DNA of 56,656 nt from Thermoflexus sp. (GTDB lineage Bacteria; Chloroflexota; Anaerolineae; Thermoflexales; Thermoflexaceae), in NCBI GenBank assembly GCA_035573655.1, contig DATMAC010000107.1:1-56656 (forward strand), read 5' to 3'. The notes under the pieces are model-generated. The model was not told the DNA's origin, did not search any database, and worked only from the letters and a program-made list of their open reading frames with translations. The position numbers and the translations under genes are program-made. This document shows positions 39,297-48,378 of the stretch, one piece after another; within the stretch, counting starts at the first letter, position 1; each line of letters begins with the position of its first letter.

Positions 39297-40019
39297 GTGT
39301 GGTCCGCTGTGACGGTCCACACGGCCAAGGATAGCAGACAAGAGAAAAACAACCTCAGATGCTCTCTGAGGGCGACCATGGTAAGTGGCCAAATTCAGAC
39401 GATCTCTCCCAGCTGGCGCTTATCCCCCGAGCAAATACAGCATGCTCGCTGGTGCCCAGTCTGTCAGAGCCTAACGGGGGTGATCCATCAACGGCGAATC
39501 CGCCGCCTCCGGGATCTGAACCCGGCGCTGATGGAGCAGATTCGATTTCGATGCAAGCGTTGTGGGATCACTTGGACCGCGCAGCCAGAGGTAGTCCGGA
39601 CGGGGGAGCACCGGAGCCGAATGCTTCGGGTGCTAGGGGTGCTGCTGTATTTGCTGGGATTCTCAGGACCAGCCGCGGCTTTTCTGTTATGTAATCTGGG
39701 TGTTCCTGTCTCGGCGGCAACTATTTATCGAGATTTACGAGACTATCGAAAGGAGCTCGGTGAGCAAGCCTGGCGACGATGGCGGAAATCCCTTCCAAAT
39801 GGTCTGTTAGGGATAAGGGTCATCCCTTCATCCCACAACGATGGAAACACAACTTATGGAGCCTTTACATTTCTGATCGGTCAACTGATGCTTCAGCTGG
39901 ATTTTTCCTGCTCCGCTGATTTCAATGCCCTTATCCAAGCGCTTCAAGGTAAGATTCTTATCGTCGATTGGACTTGCCCGATCCTCGGGTCTTCTTCACA
40001 TTATGAGTTACGTGGTTGA
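39297..40019 (+). mobile_element. Transposase-like remnant (Zn ribbon plus HTH, no evident DDE)
   Basis: CPVC...RRLRDL...RFRCKRC followed by LYLLGFS...LGVPVSAATIYRDL, resembling the N-termini of IS6/ISL3-type transposases; start may be 39378. Confidence 0.45.
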
Positions 40020-40027
40020 TTTCCTCA

Positions 40028-40181
40028 GGGGGTTTTGAGGTGGGGCCCTTACGCCTCCCCTTGCGGGCCCTGAACTACGTAACTCCTACACATCTAGGAA
40101 GTGGCATAAAATCGCGATATGGAGCCTATCGGGCGATCAGTGGATTTTTGTGTGGGGTGGGTCGCTTACGCGGCCCATCCC
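40028..40181. repeat. Intergenic repeat family B fragments
   Basis: 40028-40088 resembles the reverse complement of 41059-41118; 40101-40181 shares GTGGCATAA...TGGnTTTT and a hairpin with 41151-41236. Confidence 0.45.
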
Positions 40182-40200
40182 TCATGGAGCCTTCTTTATA

Positions 40201-41013
40201 TCACAAAGGGGCTTCCCCTGAAAACTGGGGCGCACGCTTCTCCCGCATGGCCTGCAGACCTTCCCGGGCGTCCGGGAGCATAAAGCCCAGAAACTCCAGG
40301 GCGGTGGAGACATCGAAGATCGGACCGGCCAGGCGGAACCAGTTGTTGAGGGCGTATTTCGTCCAACGGATGGCGGAGGCGCTCCCCCTCGCCAGGCGCC
40401 GGGCGATCTCGAACGCCACCTCATAGGCCTTCCCATCCTCCACACACAGGGAAACCAAGCCCAGGCGCTCGGCCTCCTCGCCGGAGAGCGGCTCATTGAG
40501 GAGCAGGTAATACTTCGCCTTCGCCATCCCGATCAGCAGCGGCCAGACCAGCGCGGCGTGATCCCCAGCCGCCACCCCCAGGCGTACGTGGCCGTCCATC
40601 AGGCGGGCACCCCGCGCGGCCACCGAGATGTCGGCCAGCAAGGCTACCGCCAGCCCCGCCCCTACCGCTGGCCCCTCAATGGCTGAGACAATGGGCTTAC
40701 CGCAGTTGATGATGTTGTAGACCAAATCCCGCGCCTCCTTCCAGACCCGCAAGCAAGCCGCAGGATCCGACATGATTTCCTCAATCAACGTGAAATCCCC
40801 TCCGGCGGAGAAAGCGGGACCGGATCCCCGAACCAACACCACACGGATGGAAGGATCCGCATCGATGTCCCGCCAGACGTAGGTGAGCTCCCGATGGGCC
40901 GTCGCATCCAAGGAATTCAGAGTCTCCGGCCGATGAAGGACCACTTCCAAAATCCCCGGCTCAGGCTCCTGGAATACCAGACGCTGATAGGTGGAGGTCC
41001 AAGCTCGAATCAT
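40201..41013 (-). CDS. Enoyl-CoA hydratase/isomerase family protein
   Basis: AFSAGGD, AVGAG and [12 protein letters not shown]. Confidence 0.9.
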   Translation of the reverse strand: MIRAWTSTYQRLVFQEPEPGILEVVLHRPETLNSLDATAHRELTYVWRDIDADPSIRVVLVRGSGPAFSAGGDFTLIEEIMSDPAACLRVWKEARDLVYNIINCGKPIVSAIEGPAVGAGLAVALLADISVAARGARLMDGHVRLGVAAGDHAALVWPLLIGMAKAKYYLLLNEPLSGEEAERLGLVSLCVEDGKAYEVAFEIARRLARGSASAIRWTKYALNNWFRLAGPIFDVSTALEFLGFMLPDAREGLQAMREKRAPQFSGEAPL

Positions 41014-41150
41014 TGGGAGCCTCCATTTGGAAGATTTCAGAGGCAATCTCTTTCTTTTTAGGAGTTGTGCAGTTGGGGTCTACAAGGAAAAGTGGCCCCA
41101 CCCCCAAAATTTTCCCCCAGACAAAACCCACCGCGCAATTCCTAAGACCT

Positions 41151-41236
41151 GTGGCATAATTCCTGGGAGGTGGTTTTTGGGTTTGGGAAGGCCGCCGAAG
41201 GCGGCCTTCCCAAACCCAAAAACCTTGTAACTCTTA
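41151..41236. repeat. Repeat family B element with perfect 25-bp hairpin
   Basis: GGTTTTTGGGTTTGGGAAGGCCGCC-GAA-GGCGGCCTTCCCAAACCCAAAAACC (41172-41224). Confidence 0.7.
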
Positions 41237-41351
41237 AGACCAAAGCACTCAGCAGGAGAAGGGGCGAAGAGAAGGGGGATGTAAGACCTCCAGGGTAAGG
41301 AGCGCTGGCCGATCCCTGCTGTCTCCAGAGGTATCGGGATCAAATCCCATA

Positions 41352-41690
41352 CTACCCCGCTTTCAAGCGCTCCAGGAAATCTTCTCGTGGGGGTTGAAAG
41401 ACATCGAACACCAAGGTTTCCTCCAGGAACGTCGCTTCGTGCTCGATCCCTGATGGGATGTGAACGATCTGCCCCGGGCCGAGCTCCTGTTCTTCCCCCG
41501 CCACCCGCAAGCGGAGGCGGCCCTGGAGGACCAAAGTGATCTGCTCGTGGGGATGAGCGTGAGGCGGCACCACGGCGCCTGCAGGCGCCTCCACCCGAAC
41601 CACCATCACCCGCTCCCCAGTGAAGGGCCGCAGGGTCAGCGCCCCGGCAAGGAACCCAGGCAACGTTTCCGTTTGTGCCCACCGCATCAC
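41352..41690 (-). CDS. Cupin-domain protein (KdgF-like)
   Basis: HAHPHEQ, IP.GIEH and DVFQPPREDF. Confidence 0.85.
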   Translation of the reverse strand: MMRWAQTETLPGFLAGALTLRPFTGERVMVVRVEAPAGAVVPPHAHPHEQITLVLQGRLRLRVAGEEQELGPGQIVHIPSGIEHEATFLEETLVFDVFQPPREDFLERLKAG

Positions 41691-41752
41691 CGTCCTCCGC
41701 GATTTGCGCTATGACAGGAAGCGGAAGTCATCCCAAGTGGACGTTCTATGCG

Positions 41753-42883
41753 TTACGGTGAACGGGGAAGGTTCTCCAGAAGCAGCGCGGCGCGCTTGCG
41801 CTCCAGGGCATCCAATAGGGTCTCATAGGACCGGGTGAAGGCGGCTACCCCTTCCGCCTGCAAACGGTTCAGGATCTCCTCCAGTGGGATCCCCAACCGA
41901 GCCAGCGCGGCCAAATCCGCCTCTGCCTCCTCCCATTCTTCCCAGGCCGCGGCTTCCGGCACCCGTCCGTGATCCTCAAAGGCTTGTAAGGTGGCCATCG
42001 GCACCGTGTTCACCGTATCGGGGGCGATCAACCCTTCCACATACTTCACATCGGAATAGCTGGGGTTTTTGGTGCTGGTGCTGGCCCACAGGACGCGTTG
42101 GGCGCGCGCCCCCCGGGCCTGCAGATCCGGGAAAACGGAGGGGAGGAATCGCTCGCGGAAGATCCGATACACCCGGCGGGCCACCGCGAGGGCGATCTTC
42201 CCAAGAAGCGCACGCGCCTCGGGCGTCCCCCGGGCTTCCAGCTCACGATCCACGGCGGTATCGATCCGGCTCACAAAGAAAGAGGCCACAGAGGCCACAC
42301 CCCGCAGATCCTTCCCGGATTCCGCGCGTCGCCGCAGGCCCCGCCAGTAAGCCTCCGCCGCTGCCTCATAATGAGCGGGGGAGAAAATCAATGTGACGTT
42401 GACGTTCACCCCTTCGGCGATCAACGTCTCGATGGCCGGGATGCCCGCCGGGGTCGCCGGCACCTTGATCATCAAGTTGGGGCGATCCACCATGCGCCAC
42501 AGTCGTCGGGCCTCTGCGATGGTCCCCTCCGTGTCATCGGCCAGGTGAGGGGAAACCTCCAAGCTGACAAAGCCGTCGGCCCCCTCCGTCGCCTCATAGA
42601 CCGGCCGGAGGAGATCCGCCGCCATCCGGATGTCCTCGACGACCAAGGCCTCATAGAGCGCGACTGAATCGATCTCGGGATCCCGAGCGAGCTCCTTCCG
42701 GATCGCGTCATCGTAAGCGGGGCTGGTGGTGATCGCCCGCTCGAAGATGGTCGGGTTGCTGGTCACCCCGGTGACCCCTCGTTCGATCCAGCGGGCCAGC
42801 TCTCCATCGGTGAGCCATTCACGACGGATCTCGTCCAGCCAGATCGATTGGCCGCGAGCGCGCAGCTCATGTAGAGATGCCAT
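41753..42883 (-). CDS. tal: Transaldolase
   Basis: QSIWLD, TSNPTIF, MIKVPAT and WASTSTKNP. Confidence 0.95.
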   Translation of the reverse strand: MASLHELRARGQSIWLDEIRREWLTDGELARWIERGVTGVTSNPTIFERAITTSPAYDDAIRKELARDPEIDSVALYEALVVEDIRMAADLLRPVYEATEGADGFVSLEVSPHLADDTEGTIAEARRLWRMVDRPNLMIKVPATPAGIPAIETLIAEGVNVNVTLIFSPAHYEAAAEAYWRGLRRRAESGKDLRGVASVASFFVSRIDTAVDRELEARGTPEARALLGKIALAVARRVYRIFRERFLPSVFPDLQARGARAQRVLWASTSTKNPSYSDVKYVEGLIAPDTVNTVPMATLQAFEDHGRVPEAAAWEEWEEAEADLAALARLGIPLEEILNRLQAEGVAAFTRSYETLLDALERKRAALLLENLPRSP

Positions 42884-43005
42884 TGTGCGCTCTCCCTCAA
42901 ACGGGTTGGAGCGTGCAGGGCCGTCGCCATCCTGCAGCTCTCAAAATGGTCTTTCGGGAATACGGAGGAGAAGCGCTGGAAGGGGAAACCTCTTCATCCG
43001 AGAAC

Positions 43006-43049
43006 CACCGGCGATGGGGGCAACCTGCAGGTTGCCCCCATCGCCGGTG
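43006..43049. terminator. Perfect 44-bp palindrome downstream of sodA
   Basis: CACCGGCGATGGGGGCAACCTG|CAGGTTGCCCCCATCGCCGGTG. Confidence 0.7.
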
Positions 43050-43058
43050 CGGGGCCGC

Positions 43059-43697
43059 TTAAGCCCGGACGTTGGTCCGGATGGCCTCCAGGGCCTTGGC
43101 GTAGTTCGCGGCGACCTGATCCCAGTTTACCACATTCCACCAGGCCTGAACGTAGTCGGCCCGTCGGTTCTGGTATTTCAGATAATATGCGTGCTCCCAC
43201 ACGTCCAGGCCCAGCAACGGGATCAGGCCTTCCATCAGCGGGCTATCCTGGTTGGGTGTGGAGTGCACCACCAGCTTCCCGAAGGCCGTCATGCTGAGCC
43301 AGGCCCAGCCGCTGCCGAAGCGCCCCATCGCTGCCTTGGTGAAGAGGTCCTTGAAGTTGGCGAAGCTGCCGAACGCCTTCGCGATCGCCTCCGCCAGGGC
43401 GCCGCTCGGCTCGCCGCCCCCGCCAGGCTTCATCACGGTCCAGAACAAGCTGTGGTTGGCGTGGCCGCCGCCGTTGTTCCGCACCGTCTCCCGGATGTCC
43501 TCGGGGACGCTGGGGAGGTTCCGCAGGAGGATCTCCACCGGCACATCCTGGAGCTCTGGGTATTTCTCCAGAGCAGCATTGAGGTTGTTCACGTAGGCTT
43601 GATGGTGCCGGGTGTGATGGATCTCCATAGTCTGAGCGTCGATGTAGGGCTCCAATGCATCATACGGATACGGCAGAGGAGGGAGCGTGTGGGCCAT
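43059..43697 (-). CDS. sodA: Superoxide dismutase, Mn-type signature
   Basis: HH..HH..Y, GGGHANH, NQD and DVWEHAYY. Confidence 0.95.
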   Translation of the reverse strand: MAHTLPPLPYPYDALEPYIDAQTMEIHHTRHHQAYVNNLNAALEKYPELQDVPVEILLRNLPSVPEDIRETVRNNGGGHANHSLFWTVMKPGGGGEPSGALAEAIAKAFGSFANFKDLFTKAAMGRFGSGWAWLSMTAFGKLVVHSTPNQDSPLMEGLIPLLGLDVWEHAYYLKYQNRRADYVQAWWNVVNWDQVAANYAKALEAIRTNVRA

Positions 43698-43901
43698 GAT
43701 GCACCTCCAGAATTTAGGATGAACATCGTTATTTTAATTCGGCGCGGATGAAACATACAAAAAGGGAACCGGGCGGGGCCAGTTGGGCCGTCTATATCCG
43801 GTCCTTCTCAGTGGATCCAGGGACCAACACCCTACCCCTTGTCTCCATGCGGTCTCTCAGAATGCAGGGGAAAGACACGGCTACTATGGCGCTGAGGCGG
43901 C

Positions 43902-44144
43902 TCAACCCGCTCCTCCCGCAATGGGCGGGAAGATCCCCACTTCGTCGCCTTCTTGAAGCACCCAATCGGATTCCTGACGGACTCCATTCACAAAGACCAC
44001 GCGGGCCAGCTCCGGCGGGATCGGCAATCGCTGAATCAATTGTCCGACCGTGGTTCCCTCCGGTATCTCTATCGTAAGAGGGCCGCGTTGCGCATCTGGG
44101 ATATATTGCCGCAGGATTGCGTAAACCTGCACCTTCACCCGCAC
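43902..44144 (-). CDS. MoaD/ThiS ubiquitin-like protein ending GGAG
   Basis: VFVNG...LQEGDEVGIFPPIAGGAG; GGAGGTG RBS before GTG 44144. Confidence 0.85.
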   Translation of the reverse strand: MRVKVQVYAILRQYIPDAQRGPLTIEIPEGTTVGQLIQRLPIPPELARVVFVNGVRQESDWVLQEGDEVGIFPPIAGGAG

Positions 44145-44267
44145 GCTTCCCACCTCCCCACATCGGACGAGGTTTGGCTCACAGCATTCAATCCGCGGCC
44201 CCATGGGCGGCAGCAAATGGCTGAGTCTTCTGGACCTTGCGGATCCTTAGGGGGCGGCCTCCACCCT

Positions 44268-44432
44268 CAGGGCTTTTCAAAGTTCTAACAAAGGCAGCAC
44301 AACGGTGAAGCAAGGGATGGCCCCTCCCCCCTTCCCGCGGCCCAAAGGGCCGCGGGAAGGGGGGAGAAGAACTTTGTCTGGGGCTGGGCCGGGGGCCTTC
44401 GGCCCCCGGCCCAGCCCCAGAAAACCCCAAAT
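44268..44432 (+). repeat. Repeat family A, copy 1 (double hairpin)
   Basis: CAGGGCTTTTCAAAGTTCTA head; 20-bp stem with AAA loop (44324-44366); 21-bp stem with TTC loop (44377-44421). Confidence 0.8.
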
Positions 44433-44488
44433 GGCTAGAGCATTGAAAAGCCATGCCCCATTCCCAAATGATGTTTCTCCCCTCGACA

Positions 44489-44749
44489 TCAGCAATATAA
44501 TAATGCCATATTGCGTGGAAACACCCCTAACCGATCCCCATCCTGAACCAGCCGAGACCGAGCCTGATAATCATAGCGTCCGTTGATGAATATATTGCTC
44601 ACCTCACGTTCGGGGTCGATGCCGATCTCCCGAAGCACATCGGCGACCGTTAACCCTGGGCGGTACGGAACCCATACAATGGCTTCCTCACGAGGGTCTG
44701 TTTTCCCAGCGTAGCGTCGAAGATCCCCATAAAGACGAACTTCAATCAT
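44489..44749 (-). CDS. MoaD/ThiS-like beta-grasp protein ending in Cys, no GG
   Basis: MIEVRLYGDLRRY...IFING...DGDRLGVFPRNMALLYC. Confidence 0.78.
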   Translation of the reverse strand: MIEVRLYGDLRRYAGKTDPREEAIVWVPYRPGLTVADVLREIGIDPEREVSNIFINGRYDYQARSRLVQDGDRLGVFPRNMALLYC

Positions 44750-44772
44750 CGCGTCGGCTCCACCAATCGTGA

Positions 44773-45066
44773 TCATGCCGGTTCGCGCGGGGCGCGAGGG
44801 GCGAACAGGCGGATGTGCGGCATGGTCATCGTTCGGGGGAACACCCCTACCCGGTCTCCATCCGACAGCTTTCGACGCAACCCCTCCGGGTCATAAAGAC
44901 CGTTAATGAAAACATGTCGGGCCTCATCCAGAGGAACGCCCAGCGCTTGAAGCGCCTCGGCCACCGTGAGCTCCGGACGGGCATTCAGGAAAGCGACCGC
45001 GTCCTGGGAAGGATCTTCCTGTCCGATGTATCGGCGAAGCTCACCATAAAGATGGATCTCGATCAT
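44773..45066 (-). CDS. MoaD/ThiS-like beta-grasp protein, no GG
   Basis: MIEIHLYGELRRY...VFING...DGDRVGVFPRTM; paralogous to 44489-44749. Confidence 0.75.
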   Translation of the reverse strand: MIEIHLYGELRRYIGQEDPSQDAVAFLNARPELTVAEALQALGVPLDEARHVFINGLYDPEGLRRKLSDGDRVGVFPRTMTMPHIRLFAPRAPREPA

Positions 45067-45154
45067 CGCTCTCGACTCCAGAGAGGAGGAAAACCCTTTC
45101 AGGGATCGAGGAACCGCTGAGGGCGGTTTCACCCACCTCAAGCGGTTTCCTCCT

Positions 45155-45282
45155 GGGGGCTTTTGGGGCCGCTGCAGCTCAGCTCCACCCCTTTCATCCC
45201 CCTCCCCACCACCCTTTGGGCCGCGGGGAGGGGGATGAAAGGGGCGGGCTCTTCCGCCTCCTCGCGAGAACTCCGAAAAGCT
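45155..45282 (-). repeat. Repeat family A, degenerate copy 2
   Basis: Minus strand reads GCTTTTCGGAGTTCT...CCCCGCGGCCCAAAGGG...CCCCAAAAGCCCCC. Confidence 0.55.
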
Positions 45283-45379
45283 ACTCATTACCGGATAGAG
45301 TGATCGGCCAAAAACATAGGGTGGGGAATCATCGTTTCCCCACCCCGAAGACCGATCCCAACAGCCAGGCGGACGCGCT

Positions 45380-47164
45380 TTAGCCAGCGACCTCTCCCAC
45401 AACCTCCTTGGGCCACTTGCTGAAGTCATAAACGGCATCCAGCTCCTCCGGTGGGACATCGAAGACCGTGTTGTGCGGCGGGAGCGGCTCTTTGGTCATG
45501 AAGTCCGGCAGACGGTCGTGCGCCTTGGTGAACCCGGCGGCCTCGTTGAACAGCCGCTCCTTGCGGATGATCTCATAGCCCAGCCGGATGGCATCCTGAG
45601 TGGTCCAGTTCACCCCCAGCACGCCCGCGCACGACTCCACCATGCCTTCGAAGCCCTCCGGGATGTCCAGGACGCAGAAAGCATCGAACAGGCAATAACC
45701 GGTGGAGTCGATGAAGGCGGTGGTCGCCTGGAAAGCCCGGGAGAGATCGGCCTTCTGGACCGCGAAGGGATCCGCCTTACCTCCGACGCCCAGGATCTCC
45801 GGGGCGATGGTGTAGCCGGCGGTATGATCGGCGCCCATCGTGGAGGTGGCGTAGGTCACACCGATCCCCTTCACGGCCCGCGGCTCATAAGCCGGCATCC
45901 CTTGACCCTTCACCGCCGGGACCCGGGTGACGCCGAAGGCGCGGCCGGTGAAGACACAGCCGTTGCCCAAGATCCGGCCCAGCGGAGTGCCGTGACGGAC
46001 CTCCTCGTTCAGTAGGCGGATTGCTCCATCGGCATCCCCGAAGGGCAGCAACCCGGCCTCCATAGCCACGGCGATGGTATCGCCCATCTCGATGGTATCG
46101 ACCCCGATATCATTGCAGAGCCAGATCAGATCGGCGATCTTGTCCAGATCCCCGATCCCACAGTTGGCACCCAGCGCCCAGACCGACTCGTATTCCATCA
46201 CTGAGACCTTGAAGGTCCCATCGGGGTTGGCCCAGCGGTCTGAGCACTGGATGATGCAGCCGGGATGGCAGGGATGGCCGGTGGCTCCCTCGCCGTTGCG
46301 TTTGTGGATGATTTCGGCCTTGGTCTCGCCGCTGATCTGGGAGGCCAGCTCGAAGCGACCGGAGGAGAAGTTACGGGTCGGATACCCGCCGGCCTCGTTC
46401 ATGATGTTGACTAGGACGTTCGTGCCATAGGTGTTGAGGGCGCCGCCCTTCTTGGTGACGTCGTGGGTGAGGGAGGCCTGGGTGAGCTTCTTGATCCCCT
46501 GCTCGAAGAGCTCGGGGTTCTTGATCTCCACCCCGGGCCCGCCCCGGTCATCGATCACAATGGCCTTGAGGCCCTTCGAGCCCATCACGGCGCCCAAGCC
46601 GCCGCGCCCGGCATACCGGCCAGCGGTGTTCTCCTGGTCATTGACGCAGATCCCGGCCGCGCTCATGAGCATCTCCCCCGCCGGCCCGATGCCGATGATG
46701 GCCACGCCCTCCCCATGCTCCTTCCAGAGGAGGTCGCAGACCTCATACATTCCCTTCCCTTTGAGGTGATCCGCGGGCAACAAGCGAGCGCCATCCTTAT
46801 CGATCCTCAACACATAGAAACGTCCCTTCTCCTTCGGCTGGCCTTCAACGATGATCGCTTTAATGCCCAGGCGGGCGATCTTCTGTGAGGAAAGGCCACC
46901 GGCGTTGCTTTCTTTGATGCCGCCGGTCAGTGGGGACTTTCCGCCAAAGGAGGTCCGACCGGAGGTGGGCGCCTTGGTCCCGCTGACAATGCCCGGAGCG
47001 ATCACCAGCTTATTGTCGGGTCCCAGAGGATGACAGAGCGGAGGCACTTCATCATAAATAATACTGGAAGTGAGGCCTCGGCCGCCCAACAACGCATACT
47101 TTTCCGGTACATCCTCATAGCGAACGGATAAATCAGTCATGTTGACCCGGAGCAACTTCGCCAT
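45380..47164 (-). CDS. aor: Aldehyde:ferredoxin oxidoreductase (tungsten AOR family)
   Basis: KSPLTGGIKESNAGG, AGRGGLGAVMGSKGLKAIV, CHPGCIIQC, EYES, D.IGVDTI and DSTGYC. Confidence 0.93.
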   Translation of the reverse strand: MAKLLRVNMTDLSVRYEDVPEKYALLGGRGLTSSIIYDEVPPLCHPLGPDNKLVIAPGIVSGTKAPTSGRTSFGGKSPLTGGIKESNAGGLSSQKIARLGIKAIIVEGQPKEKGRFYVLRIDKDGARLLPADHLKGKGMYEVCDLLWKEHGEGVAIIGIGPAGEMLMSAAGICVNDQENTAGRYAGRGGLGAVMGSKGLKAIVIDDRGGPGVEIKNPELFEQGIKKLTQASLTHDVTKKGGALNTYGTNVLVNIMNEAGGYPTRNFSSGRFELASQISGETKAEIIHKRNGEGATGHPCHPGCIIQCSDRWANPDGTFKVSVMEYESVWALGANCGIGDLDKIADLIWLCNDIGVDTIEMGDTIAVAMEAGLLPFGDADGAIRLLNEEVRHGTPLGRILGNGCVFTGRAFGVTRVPAVKGQGMPAYEPRAVKGIGVTYATSTMGADHTAGYTIAPEILGVGGKADPFAVQKADLSRAFQATTAFIDSTGYCLFDAFCVLDIPEGFEGMVESCAGVLGVNWTTQDAIRLGYEIIRKERLFNEAAGFTKAHDRLPDFMTKEPLPPHNTVFDVPPEELDAVYDFSKWPKEVVGEVAG

Positions 47165-47225
47165 GGGGCACCTCCCTGGACAGGGGGAATAGGCTCTACA
47201 CGGCCTCTGATTCCTTTACTGTGGC

Positions 47226-47263
47226 TGCATTTACATGCTAATTTAAATGCATGGACGTGTCAA
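47226..47263 (-). promoter_or_regulatory. aor promoter with overlapping palindrome
   Basis: TTGACA (47263-58), 17 nt, TAGCAT (47240-35); TGCATTTA-N10-TAAATGCA (47226-47251). Confidence 0.6.
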
Positions 47264-47385
47264 TTTGCGGGTCGTCAATTAAAATAACTATAGTAATCAT
47301 TAACACGCAGGGCCTGATCCATTCGCTTCCCCGCAGTGATGGATATTATTTTTTAAGAAATAAGCTTGGGCTGGAGGGATGGGCG

Positions 47386-48264
47386 ATGGCTCAACAGATC
47401 CCTGAGGAGATTCAACAACTGATCCAGCAGGTAGAAGCGGATGGCGGTGTGGTGTGGGCAGCTTATCGAGAGCCTTATGCCCAGCGATGGCAACTGTTCG
47501 TGGAGTTGCCGCTGGATCGTGTGGTGCCCACCCCTTATCAGAGGGATCTCTCGCCCCATCATGTGGAGCGGCTGAAAGCTGTCATCCAGGGGATCGGCCG
47601 CTTTATCGATCCGATTGTGGTGATTCGGGCCCCGGATGGCCAATACTGGACCCCAAACGGCAACCATCGACGCGAGGCGATGGTCCGGTTGGGCGCTCGG
47701 ACCATCACGGCCATCCTGATTCCGGATCCTGCGGTGGCTTATCATATCCTCAGCCTGAACACAGAGAAGGCCCACAATCTTCGGGAGAAGGCGCTGGAGG
47801 TGTTGCGGATGTATCGAACCCTACGGGAGGAACACCCCGAGGCCTTGGAGCGGGCTTTCTCCTTCCAGTTTGAGGAAGCTTATTTGATCACGCTCGGTAT
47901 TCTATACGATCAAAAGGAGCGTTTCGCTGGGGCTGGATACGTGCCGATCCTTCGGAAGGTCGATCGCTTCCTGGAGCTGCCCATGCGCGAAGCGATGCAG
48001 GAGCGGGAGCGCCGGGCCCAAGTGATCGAATCCATCGATCAACTGGTGGAGCCTATCCTGGAAGCGTTACATGAGAAAGGGATCCGCTACCCCTTCCTCA
48101 AACAGGCTGTGCTTTCCCAAGTCAACCCGATCCGTCGGAAACGGATCGTCACGATGTCGTTCGATGAGGTCATGGCGCGCATCCGCGAGGGGCTGGCCCG
48201 GTACAACGTCGAGGCTGTCACCCCCGAGGAGATCGCTCAGGCAGCGGCCGAGTTGGAGGAATAA
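47386..48264 (+). CDS. ParB/Srx N-terminal domain protein (orphan)
   Basis: PTPYQRDLS, FIDPIVV, TPNGNHR and LN.E; GGAGG RBS. Confidence 0.8.
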   Translation: MAQQIPEEIQQLIQQVEADGGVVWAAYREPYAQRWQLFVELPLDRVVPTPYQRDLSPHHVERLKAVIQGIGRFIDPIVVIRAPDGQYWTPNGNHRREAMVRLGARTITAILIPDPAVAYHILSLNTEKAHNLREKALEVLRMYRTLREEHPEALERAFSFQFEEAYLITLGILYDQKERFAGAGYVPILRKVDRFLELPMREAMQERERRAQVIESIDQLVEPILEALHEKGIRYPFLKQAVLSQVNPIRRKRIVTMSFDEVMARIREGLARYNVEAVTPEEIAQAAAELEE

Positions 48265-48378
48265 GTTGGAAACGGACCAAACTGCAGCTCAGGCCCACAA
48301 CCTTGTGGCATGGCTGGACTGAACGGAACCTTTATCTCCGGGACCATCCCATTCCCTTACTCAAAGCAGCTAAAGCCA

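Noticed and set aside
45067-45459. 131-aa N-terminal extension of the 44773-45459 ORF
   Set aside because: It reads through intergenic repeat DNA; the paralogue alignment begins at MIEIH (45066)
47165-47385. Moco/Wco riboswitch upstream of aor
   Set aside because: The predicted leader is only about 60-70 nt and I could not recognise the motif; an Rfam scan would settle it
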